Assembly (NCBI RefSeq): GCF_041914405.1
Contig: NZ_JAYSDK010000020.1
Location: 11,077 to 75,076 of the forward strand
Length of the DNA: 64,000 bases
Direction: 5' to 3'
From: Zoogloea sp.
Lineage (GTDB): Bacteria; Pseudomonadota; Gammaproteobacteria; Burkholderiales; Rhodocyclaceae
A program made the position numbers and the translations under genes. Below are positions 40,126 to 49,063 of the stretch, piece after piece (position 1 is the first letter of the stretch; each line of letters starts with the position of its first letter). The notes under the pieces are model-generated. The model saw only the letters and a program-made list of their open reading frames with translations, was not told where the DNA came from and ran no database searches.

Positions 40126-40144
40126 GCAAATGAGAGTTGTTCGC
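40126..40144. promoter_or_regulatory. Fur-box-like site upstream of the Fiu/PiuA receptor
   Basis: GCAAATGAGAGTTGTTCGC, 11/19 to GATAATGATAATCATTATC, with the AATGAGA core; context fits. Confidence 0.6.
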
Positions 40145-40197
40145 AATTGTGTGCAAGCTCGTCGACAGCTTACTGACGGATTGCCGTAGGGCCGGAC

Positions 40198-40524
40198 TTA
40201 GCCCGGCAGGCCGGACAGCGGCGTCATGCCGTGGCGGGCACGGGCTTTGGCACATTGCCCGTCACCGGCCTGGACTTCCCGACACGGCTCCGGGCGCTGC
40301 TCGTAGACGGTACAGCCCACCTTTTGTCCGACCTGCCCGGACAGGGCAATGCAGTGAGGGCGGGCGTCATTGGTGCCAGCCATGCAGCTGAACCACGGAT
40401 TGACCTGCTCGGTCAGCGCCGCTGGGAGGCCGCGGGCCTCGGCTTCCGACCAGTAAAAGGACACGCGGAAGCTGGCGCAGCAGGCGCCGCAGTCGAGGCA
40501 GGGGTTGGCGTCGGCGGTGCTCAT
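40198..40524 (-). CDS. YkgJ-family cysteine-cluster (Zn/Fe-chelating) protein
   Basis: NPCLDCGACC...SCMAG...HCIAL...GCTVYEQRPEPCRE...QCAKAR. Confidence 0.88.
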   Translation of the reverse strand: MSTADANPCLDCGACCASFRVSFYWSEAEARGLPAALTEQVNPWFSCMAGTNDARPHCIALSGQVGQKVGCTVYEQRPEPCREVQAGDGQCAKARARHGMTPLSGLPG

Positions 40525-40606
40525 CGGACGTCGTCGAGAAGTGGGAACAGGCTGTTGTGGGCCGCGATTCTGGCATGCCCGGTAGGCCTTGTGGAGCGCC
40601 TCCGGA

Positions 40607-41302
40607 TCACTCGGTGCGCTGCCTGGTCGACTCTTGCTGGACGGCCAGTAGGTAGCGCGCCAGCATACCTGCGCCGTCGAAATGGCTGTCGAGGGCGGCG
40701 ACGCTGCGGATGCGGTCGAGGCGGAAGCTGCGGAACTCACCGCGCAGCTCGCACCAGGCGCCAAGCGTCCAGGCTTCGCCCCAGAACACCAGGCCGAGCG
40801 GCTGGATGACCCGTTCGCTGCCTGCGCCGTCGGCTCGCGTGTAGGCGACACTGACCTTGCGCTGGGCGGAGATGGCTTCGCGCAACTCGGCCATCGGGGC
40901 GCGCATCGCGTCGGGGACGTGAAAGCCGGGTACGAGCAGCGCATCGCGGGACGGATCATCGCGCAGTTTTTTCGGCAAGACCGCCTCGATGCGCAGCAGC
41001 GCACGCTCCGCCGCGCGGCCGAGTTCGGGGTCGGCCCAGCTGCGCACCATGCGGCTGCCGAGGGCCAGCGCGGCGAGTTCGTCGGCGTCGAACATCAGCG
41101 GAGGCAGGCGGTAGCCAGGGCGCATCAGGTAGCCGACGCCGGCTTCGCCGCTGATCGGTACGCCGGAGCGGGATAGATCGGCGACGTCCCGATAGACCGT
41201 GCGCTCGGACACCTGCAGAGCCTCGGCCAGCTCACGGGCGGTGACCGCCCGGCCGCGGTCGAGGAGGAGGACGATCTGGAACAGGCGGTCGGCGCGACGC
41301 AT
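40607..41302 (-). CDS. YafY-family HTH-WYL transcriptional regulator
   Basis: MRRADRLFQIV...EVSERTVYRDVADL; WYL-domain VIQPLGLVFWGEAWTLGAWCELRGEFRSFRLDRI. Confidence 0.93.
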   Translation of the reverse strand: MRRADRLFQIVLLLDRGRAVTARELAEALQVSERTVYRDVADLSRSGVPISGEAGVGYLMRPGYRLPPLMFDADELAALALGSRMVRSWADPELGRAAERALLRIEAVLPKKLRDDPSRDALLVPGFHVPDAMRAPMAELREAISAQRKVSVAYTRADGAGSERVIQPLGLVFWGEAWTLGAWCELRGEFRSFRLDRIRSVAALDSHFDGAGMLARYLLAVQQESTRQRTE

Positions 41303-41376
41303 GCAGAGACTCCGGAAAAAGGACGGCCCCAGACTGTGCCCCGCGCAACCCGGCAGGTGCGTCGGTCGGTCACTGA

Positions 41377-41454
41377 GGCTACTGACATAAGGCTGTCAGG
41401 ATACCGCGCCGTGTGGTTGATTACGCCAGGGCTACTGACGGAAGGTTGTCAGGA
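41377..41454. promoter_or_regulatory. Two copies of a 25-bp palindromic operator (CTGACR-N6-TGTCAG), 53 bp apart
   Basis: GGCTACTGACATAAGGCTGTCAGGA (41377) and GGCTACTGACGGAAGGTTGTCAGGA (41430), 22/25 identical, between divergent WYL and VOC genes. Confidence 0.7.
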
Positions 41455-41504
41455 GCAGGTGGCCAGAATGGCGGCTCCAATCAATCCGCATGAAGGAGCA
41501 CAGC

Positions 41505-41891
41505 ATGGCCAAGACTTTGATCAACTGGTTCGAAATCCCCGTCGCCGACCTGGAGCGGGCGGTCCGTTTCTACGAGGCGACTTTCGCGGTCAGCCTGCGC
41601 CGTGAAGAGATGCATGGCATGCAGATGGCAGTTTTTCCCTACGTCGAGCCGGCGACCGGCGGGGCCTTGCTGGCCGCGCCGCAGGCCCGGCCTGGCGAAC
41701 AAGGCATCCTGATCTATCTGGACGGGGGCGACGACCTCGCGGTGCCGCTGGCCCGGGCGGTGGAGGCGGGCGGGGAGGTCTTGCTGCCGAAGACCGAGAT
41801 CAGTCCGGAGATCGGCTATATCGCGATGTTCGCCGACAGCGAGGGCAACCGCATCGGGCTGCACTCGCCGGGTGCCGCCGCTCAGGGGTGA
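41505..41891 (+). CDS. VOC (glyoxalase/bleomycin-resistance) family protein
   Basis: GAAGGAG RBS; INWFEIPVADLERAVRFYE; GYIAMFADSEGNRIGLHS. Confidence 0.9.
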   Translation: MAKTLINWFEIPVADLERAVRFYEATFAVSLRREEMHGMQMAVFPYVEPATGGALLAAPQARPGEQGILIYLDGGDDLAVPLARAVEAGGEVLLPKTEISPEIGYIAMFADSEGNRIGLHSPGAAAQG

Positions 41892-43243
41892 TCGTGCTCG
41901 CCGTGCTCGTCGTCGTCCATGTCCAGCGCCCACAGCTGGTGGGCGTCGAGGAGCAGGCGGTAGCGGGCTTCGCTCGCGTCCAGGCGGGCCAGGCTGGCGG
42001 CCAGGCGCGTCTCGTGGGCCAGGCGGCGGGCGTTGAGGGTGTCGGAAAGACTGCCTTCGCCGAGCTGCCAGGCCCGTTCACTGAGGTCGGCACTGCGCAT
42101 TAGCGCGTCGGCGGCGGCCTGCTGGCCGAGCCAGCCCGCGCGGGCTGCGGTCGCGCGGCGGTACAGGGCGGCGGCCTCAGCCTCGATGCGGCGCTGGATG
42201 CCGGCCTCCCGGTGGGCGCTGGCCTGGGCGGTGGCGACGGCGGCGTCTGCATCGGCACGGCGGCCTTCGCCGGGCAGTGGCAGGCTGAGGGTCAGGCCGA
42301 CCAGGCGCTCCTCGCCGTCCCGTTCGCGGGCGACACGTACGCCGACGCTCGGGTCGGGGCGCCGTTCAGCTTCGGCACGGGTCGCGCCGATGCGCGCCCG
42401 CAGGCTCTCCGAGCGGGCGACGCCCAGCTCATGGTTGTGTTCGAGGATCGCCGCGACCCACTTGGCGGGATCCTGCTCGATCGCCTCCGGCGCCACTTCG
42501 GGCACGCTGTCGGGCAGGTTCAGCGCGGGATACAGGCGGCGCAGGCTCTCGGCGGCCACCTGGGCGCGTCCTTCGGCTTGGGCCAGCTGGGCCTCGGCCT
42601 GGGCCAGCGCGGCGTCGGCCTGTAGTCTTTCCAGGCGCGGGGCATCCCCAAGTTCGACTCGGCGCTTCACCACGCCGGCCTGGCGGGCCAGCACGTCGCG
42701 CTGCTTGCGCCATTGCTCGGCGCTGGACTGCTCGCGCAGCCAGTCGAACCAGCCGGACAACAGCGCCCGGCTGGCCTCGTGCAGCGCGTCGCCGCGGCTG
42801 ACCTTGGCGCTGGCGACGCCCGCGGCACCGAGCTGGCGGTCCAGCTCGCCCTTGCCGGGCAGGCGCAGCGCACGTTCGAGCGCCACGTCCACTTCGTTGA
42901 AGCGTTCGGCCGGTGTCGTGCGCACGCGGCGTTGCTGCTCAGTGACCCGCAGTGTCCATTCGTGGGGGCCGGCGGCGAGGCGCCGGCTGCGTGCCTCTTC
43001 GGCTTCCAGCATGGCGCCGGCGGCGCTGACCATCGGGCTGCTGCGCAGCACGCTGGTCACCTGGGCTTGGGGCGGAAGGTCCGGCGCGTCAGCGGCCGGG
43101 CCGGCGAGGGCCGCAAGAGGGAAGAGCACCACCAGTAGGGGCGAATTCATTCGCCCACGGATGTTGAACAGGCGTTGGGCGAATGAAGTCGTCCCCATGG
43201 GTGCAGTGGCCGCCTCGGGAGAACAATGCGTGTGCTGCTTCAT
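41882..43243 (-). CDS. czcC: TolC-family outer-membrane factor of a Czc-type system
   Basis: ATGA overlap with DUF3240; helical OMF repeats, RRPDPSVGVR, VGLTLSLPL; His-rich tail DDDEHGEHDHP. Confidence 0.82.
   Translation of the reverse strand: MKQHTHCSPEAATAPMGTTSFAQRLFNIRGRMNSPLLVVLFPLAALAGPAADAPDLPPQAQVTSVLRSSPMVSAAGAMLEAEEARSRRLAAGPHEWTLRVTEQQRRVRTTPAERFNEVDVALERALRLPGKGELDRQLGAAGVASAKVSRGDALHEASRALLSGWFDWLREQSSAEQWRKQRDVLARQAGVVKRRVELGDAPRLERLQADAALAQAEAQLAQAEGRAQVAAESLRRLYPALNLPDSVPEVAPEAIEQDPAKWVAAILEHNHELGVARSESLRARIGATRAEAERRPDPSVGVRVARERDGEERLVGLTLSLPLPGEGRRADADAAVATAQASAHREAGIQRRIEAEAAALYRRATAARAGWLGQQAAADALMRSADLSERAWQLGEGSLSDTLNARRLAHETRLAASLARLDASEARYRLLLDAHQLWALDMDDDEHGEHDHP
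43135..43198. repeat. Inverted REP-like pair inside the 5' end of czcC
   Basis: GTAGGGGCGAATTCATTCGCCC (43135-43156) and degenerate GGGCGAATGAAGTCGTCCCCAT (43177-43198). Confidence 0.78.
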
Positions 43244-43560
43244 GCGAGCCTCCCGCTGGCCATGACCGGAACCATCCAGAAAAACACCCGGTTGGTGCCG
43301 AAGCGTTCGCGCAGGATGTCGAGCAGGGCCTGTGCGTCGCCGAGCGGGGCGACCAGCTCGACCCGGCAGCAGGCGGCGCGGCCACGCACGTGCTCGGCAG
43401 TGCCGATGAAGGTGACCCGCTGGCCCTGGCCTTCGACGCGCTGGGACGTGAAGCCCGGCGCCAGCGTCGGGTGTTCGAGCAGGGTTTCAAGCAGCGCGTC
43501 TTCCACCTCGATGGGCAACACCAGGGTCAGCACGACATGGGATGGGGTATCGACGATCAT
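43240..43560 (-). CDS. DUF3240-like (PII-fold) accessory protein
   Basis: ATGA overlaps on both sides; LTLVLPIEVEDALLETLL...GFTSQRVEGQG...EHVRGR...FFWMVPV. Confidence 0.75.
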   Translation of the reverse strand: MIVDTPSHVVLTLVLPIEVEDALLETLLEHPTLAPGFTSQRVEGQGQRVTFIGTAEHVRGRAACCRVELVAPLGDAQALLDILRERFGTNRVFFWMVPVMASGRLA

Positions 43561-46500
43561 TGACTTGCAACCTCGGGGGCGACGGGGGCGATGCCGAAAC
43601 GGCGGTACAGGACGGGGAGCAGCAGCAGCGTCAGGGCGGTGGCGCTGACCAGCCCGCCGATCACCACGACGGCCAGCGGACGCTGGACCTCGGAACCCGG
43701 GCCGGTGGCGAACAGCAGTGGCACCAGGCCGAGGGCGGCAATGTTGGCGGTCATCAGCACCGGGCGCAGACGGCGCTTGGCGCCTTCCACGACGACTTCG
43801 GCGATGGGCATGCCGCGGGCGTGGAGCTGGTTGAAATAGCTGACCATCACCACCCCATTGAGCACTGCGATGCCGAGCAGGGCGATGAAGCCCACCGAGG
43901 CGGGTACCGACATGTATTCGCCGGATACTGCCAGCGCGAGCACCCCGCCGACCATCGCGAAAGGCACCATCGACAGCACCAGCAGCGCCTGGCGCACGGA
44001 GCCGAAAGTGGAGAACAGCAGCACGAAGATCAGCCCGAGGGCGATCGGCACCACCACGATCAGGCGGGCGGCGGCACGCTGCTGGTTCTCGAACTGCCCG
44101 CCCCAGGCGAGGCGGTAGCCGTTGGGTAGCGGCACCTTGGCGGCCACTGCGGCGCGGGCTTCCTCTACGAAGCCAACCAGGTCGCGGCCACGCACGTTGG
44201 ATTGGATCACCGAGTAACGCTGGGCATTCTCCCGATCCACCTTGACCGGACCGTCCACCCGCTCGACCTTGGCAATGCTGGATAGCGGCAGGCTGTGGCC
44301 GTCCGGTGTGGTGACGCGCAGTGCGGCGAAGGCCTCCGGATCGTTCTGCAGGTTGGCCGGGCCGCGGATCAGCAGCGGCACGCGGCGGGTGGATTCGATC
44401 ACGGTACCCGCGATGCGCCCTTCGAGCAGGCTGCGCAGGGTGTTCTGCACGTCCTCCACGTTGAGGCCGAAGCGACCGGCGGCCAGGCGGTCCACCTGGA
44501 TCTTCAGGTATTGCACGCCCTCGTTGCGGATGGTGACGGTGTCCTCGGCGCCGGGCACAGCCTTCACGACGCCTTCGATCTGCGCGGCGAGGTGGTTGAG
44601 GGTGTTCAGGTCCGGGCCGTAAAGCTTGATGGCCAGGTCGCCGCGCACGCCGGTCAGCATCTCCGACACGCGCATGTCGATGGGCTGGGTGAAGGTCAGC
44701 GCGATGCCGGGGAAGTTCTCCATCACGGCCCGCAGCTGGTCGGTCAGCCAGTCCTTGTCCGGCTTGCGCCATTCATCGCGGGGCTTGAGGACGAGGAAGG
44801 TGTCGGTCTGGTTGAGGCCCATCGGGTCGAGGCCCAGTTCGTCAGCGCCCGAGCGCGCCACCACGGCCTTCACTTCCGGTACTGCCTTGAGCACGGCCCG
44901 CTGAACGCGCAGGTCGGTGTCGATGGTCTGGGCCAGGCTGATCGAGGGCAGCTTTTCGAGCTGCATGATGATGTCGCCTTCGTCCATTGTCGGCATGAAG
45001 GTCTTGCCGAGGGTGACGAAGGCACCGGCAGCCACCAGCAGCGAAACGCCGGCCACCGCGGCGACCAGCTTGGCGCGGGCCAGCGCGAATTGCAGCAGCG
45101 GCGCGTAGGCCGCCTGCAGCTTGCGGATCAGCCAGGGCTCATGGGCCTCGCCGCGCTTCAGCAGGTAGGATGCCAGCACCGGTACGACGGTCAGCGACAG
45201 CAGCAGCGAGGCCGACAGCGCAAACACGATGGTCGTCGCCACAGGGCCGAACAGCTTGCCTTCGAGGCCCTCCAGCGTCAGCAGCGGCAGAAACACGATG
45301 ACGATGATGAGGATGCCCGAGGCGACCGGCGCGGCGACTTCCCGGGTGGCGCGGAAGACCAGGTGGAGCAGCGGCTGGCGGCTGGCGGCGCCGCCTTCGC
45401 CGAAATGGGTCTCGATGTTCTCGACCACCACCACCGCGGCGTCCACCAGCATGCCGATGGCGATGGCCAGACCGCCGAGGCTCATCAGGTTGGCCGACAG
45501 GCCCACCTGGCGCATGGCGATAAAGGTGGCCAGCGCTGCCAGCGGCAGCATCAGCGCCACCACCAGCGCGGCACGCAGGTTGCCGAGGAAGGCCAGCAGC
45601 AGCACCAGCACCAGCACGATGGCTTCCATCAGCGCCTTCGACACCGTATGCACGGCACGGCCGACCAGCTCGCTGCGGTCGTAGAAGGGCACGACTTTCA
45701 CGTCCGGTGGCAGTTGTGGCGCGAGTTCGGCTAGGCGCGCCTTGACACCGTCCACCACCTTGCCGGCATTGGCGCCGCGCAGGCCGAGGACCAGGCCTTC
45801 GACCGCCTCGCCCTCGCCGCTGCGGGTGACTGCGCCGTAGCGGGTCAGCGCGCCGATGCGTACCGCGGCTACGTCGCCGACGCGGACCACGTTGCCGCCG
45901 TCGCTCTTCAGCACGATGGCGCGCACGTCGTCCAGGTTGCGGATGGCGCCTTCGGCACGCACCAGCAGGGTTTCCTCGCCTTCGCTGAGACGGCCGGCGC
46001 CGTCGTTGCGGTTGTTGGCTTCCAGCGCAGCCTGCAACTGGGCCAGCGTCAGGCCGCGGGCGGCAAGGGCCGCCGGGTCGGGGGCGATCTCGAAGCTGCG
46101 GGCCTCGCCGCCGAGGCTGTTCACGTCAGCCACGCCGGGCACCGTGCGCAGGGCCGGGCGGATCGTCCAGTCGAGCAGGGTGCGCTTCTCTTCGAGGGAG
46201 ATCGGCCCTTCGATGGTGAACATGAACATCTCGCCGAGAGGCGTGGTGATCGGTGCGAGGCCACCGCTTGCGCCCGGCGGCAGGTTGCCCATTACGCCGG
46301 CCAGGCGTTCGCCGACCTGCTGGCGGGCCCAGTAGATGTCGGTGCCGTCCTCGAAATCGAGGGTCACGTCGGCCAACGCGTACTTGGAAGTGGAGCGCAG
46401 GATGCGCTGGTGCGGAATGCCCAGCATTTCCTGCTCGATGGGCACGGTGATCCGGGTCTCGACCTCTTCCGGCGTCATGCCCGGGGCCTTGATGATCAGC

Positions 46501-46643
46501 TTGACCTGGGTCGTCGATACATCGGGGAAGGCGTCGATGGGCAGGCCGTTCCAGGCCTGCACGCCGGCGCCGATCAGCAGCAAAGTGGCGACCAGCACCA
46601 GCAGGCGCTGGGTCAGGGAGAACTCGATGAGGCGGGACAGCAT
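43557..46643 (-). CDS. czcA: CusA/CzcA-family heavy-metal RND permease
   Basis: LPIDAFPDVSTTQV, TPEEVETRITVPIE, MSLGGLAIAIGMLVDAAVVVVENI, GIAVLNGVVM, RLRPVLMTA. Confidence 0.93.
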   Translation of the reverse strand: MLSRLIEFSLTQRLLVLVATLLLIGAGVQAWNGLPIDAFPDVSTTQVKLIIKAPGMTPEEVETRITVPIEQEMLGIPHQRILRSTSKYALADVTLDFEDGTDIYWARQQVGERLAGVMGNLPPGASGGLAPITTPLGEMFMFTIEGPISLEEKRTLLDWTIRPALRTVPGVADVNSLGGEARSFEIAPDPAALAARGLTLAQLQAALEANNRNDGAGRLSEGEETLLVRAEGAIRNLDDVRAIVLKSDGGNVVRVGDVAAVRIGALTRYGAVTRSGEGEAVEGLVLGLRGANAGKVVDGVKARLAELAPQLPPDVKVVPFYDRSELVGRAVHTVSKALMEAIVLVLVLLLAFLGNLRAALVVALMLPLAALATFIAMRQVGLSANLMSLGGLAIAIGMLVDAAVVVVENIETHFGEGGAASRQPLLHLVFRATREVAAPVASGILIIVIVFLPLLTLEGLEGKLFGPVATTIVFALSASLLLSLTVVPVLASYLLKRGEAHEPWLIRKLQAAYAPLLQFALARAKLVAAVAGVSLLVAAGAFVTLGKTFMPTMDEGDIIMQLEKLPSISLAQTIDTDLRVQRAVLKAVPEVKAVVARSGADELGLDPMGLNQTDTFLVLKPRDEWRKPDKDWLTDQLRAVMENFPGIALTFTQPIDMRVSEMLTGVRGDLAIKLYGPDLNTLNHLAAQIEGVVKAVPGAEDTVTIRNEGVQYLKIQVDRLAAGRFGLNVEDVQNTLRSLLEGRIAGTVIESTRRVPLLIRGPANLQNDPEAFAALRVTTPDGHSLPLSSIAKVERVDGPVKVDRENAQRYSVIQSNVRGRDLVGFVEEARAAVAAKVPLPNGYRLAWGGQFENQQRAAARLIVVVPIALGLIFVLLFSTFGSVRQALLVLSMVPFAMVGGVLALAVSGEYMSVPASVGFIALLGIAVLNGVVMVSYFNQLHARGMPIAEVVVEGAKRRLRPVLMTANIAALGLVPLLFATGPGSEVQRPLAVVVIGGLVSATALTLLLLPVLYRRFGIAPVAPEVASQ

Positions 46644-46647
46644 GTTC

Positions 46648-47796
46648 TTATTCTTTCCCGATGCCGAGCCAGTTGGCTTTCAGCGCGGCAACGCCGGTGG
46701 TGACCACCGCCGCGTCTGCCGGCAGGCCGCTGATCAGCGCGGCATCGCCGACCCGGCCGCTGATGGTGATCGGCACGGCGCGGTAGCCGGTGGCCTTGCC
46801 GTCGCTGGCGGCGATGAAGACCCACTGCTTGTCCTGGTGGCGCAGCACTGCCGCTGCCGGCACCTGCACACCGGCAGCGCCGGCATCGGCTGGCAGGTCG
46901 AGATCCACGGCGGTGGCCTGGCCGGGGCGCAGGTTCTGCGCACCGCGGGTGATCAGGCCGCGCAGCAGCACGCTCTGGCTGACCGCATCGACGGCGCGGC
47001 CGACCGCCACCAGTTCGCCGCTGGCGCCGGCGGCGGGGATGCGCAGCGGTGTGCCGACGCGGGCCCGGGCTGCCACTGCGAGGGGGGCCTGGATCTCTAC
47101 CGACAGGGGATCGAGGCGGGCAATGCGGTACAGCGGTGCGGATTGCTCGACACGCTGGCCGACGCTGACTTGTTGTTCCAGCACGCTGCCGGCAATCGGT
47201 GCGACGAGGCTGAGGGTCTGCCCGCCGCTGTGTTGGGCGAGGCTCAGTTCCTGGCGGCGCTCGGCAGCCTGGGCAGCGGCCTGGGTGGCGTTGGCGCGGC
47301 TGGCCTGCAGGCGGGATTCGGCGATCAGGCCTTCGCGGAACAGCTGTTCGTCCCGGTTGAGACTCTGGCGGGCGAGGCTGGCCTGGGCGTCGGCCTGAAT
47401 GCGGTCGCGCTGGAGTTCAAGGGCCTGGGGGCTGGCGATGCGGGCCAGCACCTGGCCCTTCTTAACCGTCAGGCCGGGGGCGGTCTCCAGGCTCTCGACG
47501 ACGCCGGCCAGCGGCGCGGCAATGACCCGGACCTGGTTGTTGGGAATGCTGACGCTGGCCGGAAGGCCGGCCGCTGCGGGGTTCCCGTTGCTGCCGGCCT
47601 TGCGTGTGCCGATGCCGAGGGCCTGGCTCTGGGCCGGGGTTAGCGCGACGAAGTTGGTATCGGCGGCCCGGGCGCCGTCGTATGGAAGGCTGGACAGCAG
47701 GGCAGCCAGCAGGCTGGCCTTGATCGACAGGGACAGGGGGTGGGCAGCGGAAGGCGAGGGCGACATGGAGACTCCGGCACGAGGCATGGTCTTCAT
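46648..47796 (-). CDS. czcB: CzcB-like membrane-fusion protein
   Basis: VIAAPLAGVVE...VKKGQVLARI lipoyl-like halves; LVAPIAGSVLE; LRPGQ; start codon uncertain. Confidence 0.85.
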   Translation of the reverse strand: MKTMPRAGVSMSPSPSAAHPLSLSIKASLLAALLSSLPYDGARAADTNFVALTPAQSQALGIGTRKAGSNGNPAAAGLPASVSIPNNQVRVIAAPLAGVVESLETAPGLTVKKGQVLARIASPQALELQRDRIQADAQASLARQSLNRDEQLFREGLIAESRLQASRANATQAAAQAAERRQELSLAQHSGGQTLSLVAPIAGSVLEQQVSVGQRVEQSAPLYRIARLDPLSVEIQAPLAVAARARVGTPLRIPAAGASGELVAVGRAVDAVSQSVLLRGLITRGAQNLRPGQATAVDLDLPADAGAAGVQVPAAAVLRHQDKQWVFIAASDGKATGYRAVPITISGRVGDAALISGLPADAAVVTTGVAALKANWLGIGKE

Positions 47797-47810
47797 TATC
47801 GCCCAGGCTG

Positions 47811-47827
47811 CTTAAGCGCGGCTTAAG
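47811..47827. promoter_or_regulatory. CTTAAG-N5-CTTAAG direct repeat (OmpR-family response-regulator box) upstream of czcB
   Basis: 11-bp pitch, 15 nt upstream of the czcB ORF start. Confidence 0.45.
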
Positions 47828-47861
47828 CCTGCCCAAGGCGGGCAGGCTTTGGCGTGGTGCC

Positions 47862-48782
47862 TCACAGCAACAGGAAGTCCTGCGCCTGCAGCGGCTCCGG
47901 CAATGTTTTCAGGCCACGGTACTCGCCCAGGTCGATTTCGATGATACGGGTGATCGCATCAAGGGGCAGGTCGTTCTGGGCCGTGCCGAAAGGCTCCTCC
48001 AGTTCGTCGCCGAGGGCATCCAGTCCGAAGAAGGTATAGGCCACCAGGGCGGTCATCAGCGGGGTTGCCCAGCCCAGTGAATGGACCATGCCGATCGGTA
48101 GCAGCACGCAGTAAAGGTGCGCGGTGCGGTGCAGCAGCAGGGTGTAGGCGAAGGGCAGCGCGGTGTAGCGGATGCGCTCGCAGGCGCCCTGGATGGCGGT
48201 GAGCTGGTTAACGTGTTCGGCCAGGGCGGTGTAGGTGATCGAGTCCAGACGACCGTGCCGGTGGGCGTCGAGCAACTGCCCGGTGAGGAGGCGCAGGATG
48301 CTGTCTGGCACATTGCGGCTGGCGCTGACCGTGGCGAGCTCGTCGACACTCAGTTCCGCGTTGGCGGCTGCGGCCACCGGACGGTCGCGCAGGCGGGCGG
48401 TGAGGGCTTTGGTGAAGGCGGTGCAAAGGCGCAGCACGTCCTGGCGCTGGGCCCGACCGGCGTCATCGCCGTCGAGCAGCTGGCTGTCGCGGGCCAGGCT
48501 GCGCATCACCACCAGCAGGTTGCCGTAGTGCTTGCGGGCCTCCCACCAACGGTCATAGCAGGCGTTGTTGCGGAAGCCGAGAAATAGCGACAGGGACAGG
48601 CCGAGGAAGGTGAAGGGGCCGGTGGCGAAATCCGGGAAGCGCGGCCCGGTGAGGGCCGCGATCAGCGTGACGATGGCGGCGATCACGGTGACGAAGATCA
48701 CCTGGGGCAGGATCAGCGGGATGATGGAACCCTTCCAGATGAAGAAGAGTTCCCGCAGGCGCGGGCGGGGGCGAACGATCAT
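47862..48782 (-). CDS. Bestrophin-family channel (YneE-like)
   Basis: LSLFLGFRNNACYDRWWEARK; GACERIRYTALPFAY; GDELEEPFGTAQNDLPLD. Confidence 0.92.
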   Translation of the reverse strand: MIVRPRPRLRELFFIWKGSIIPLILPQVIFVTVIAAIVTLIAALTGPRFPDFATGPFTFLGLSLSLFLGFRNNACYDRWWEARKHYGNLLVVMRSLARDSQLLDGDDAGRAQRQDVLRLCTAFTKALTARLRDRPVAAAANAELSVDELATVSASRNVPDSILRLLTGQLLDAHRHGRLDSITYTALAEHVNQLTAIQGACERIRYTALPFAYTLLLHRTAHLYCVLLPIGMVHSLGWATPLMTALVAYTFFGLDALGDELEEPFGTAQNDLPLDAITRIIEIDLGEYRGLKTLPEPLQAQDFLLL

Positions 48783-49063
48783 GGCAGGGCGGACAAGTCG
48801 CGAAGTGGACTCATATCGGTGGAGGGCGGCCTAACTTGATGGAGGTGCGAATGCTGCATTGCACAAGCCGTGTTTGCAAGCCCTGCCTTTCCATCCGCCG
48901 GCTGCCGGACGCGACGTCGTTTGCCGACGACGACTGCCTGTGAGTGTGAAATCCGTCACGCTTATCTGCCTGGCATCCGTGAAATAAGAACTTGCGATAG
49001 GCATGATGTGTTGACGTTGTCCTAATGCGAATGTTCTTGATCTACATAGGAGGTCTGCCCGTC

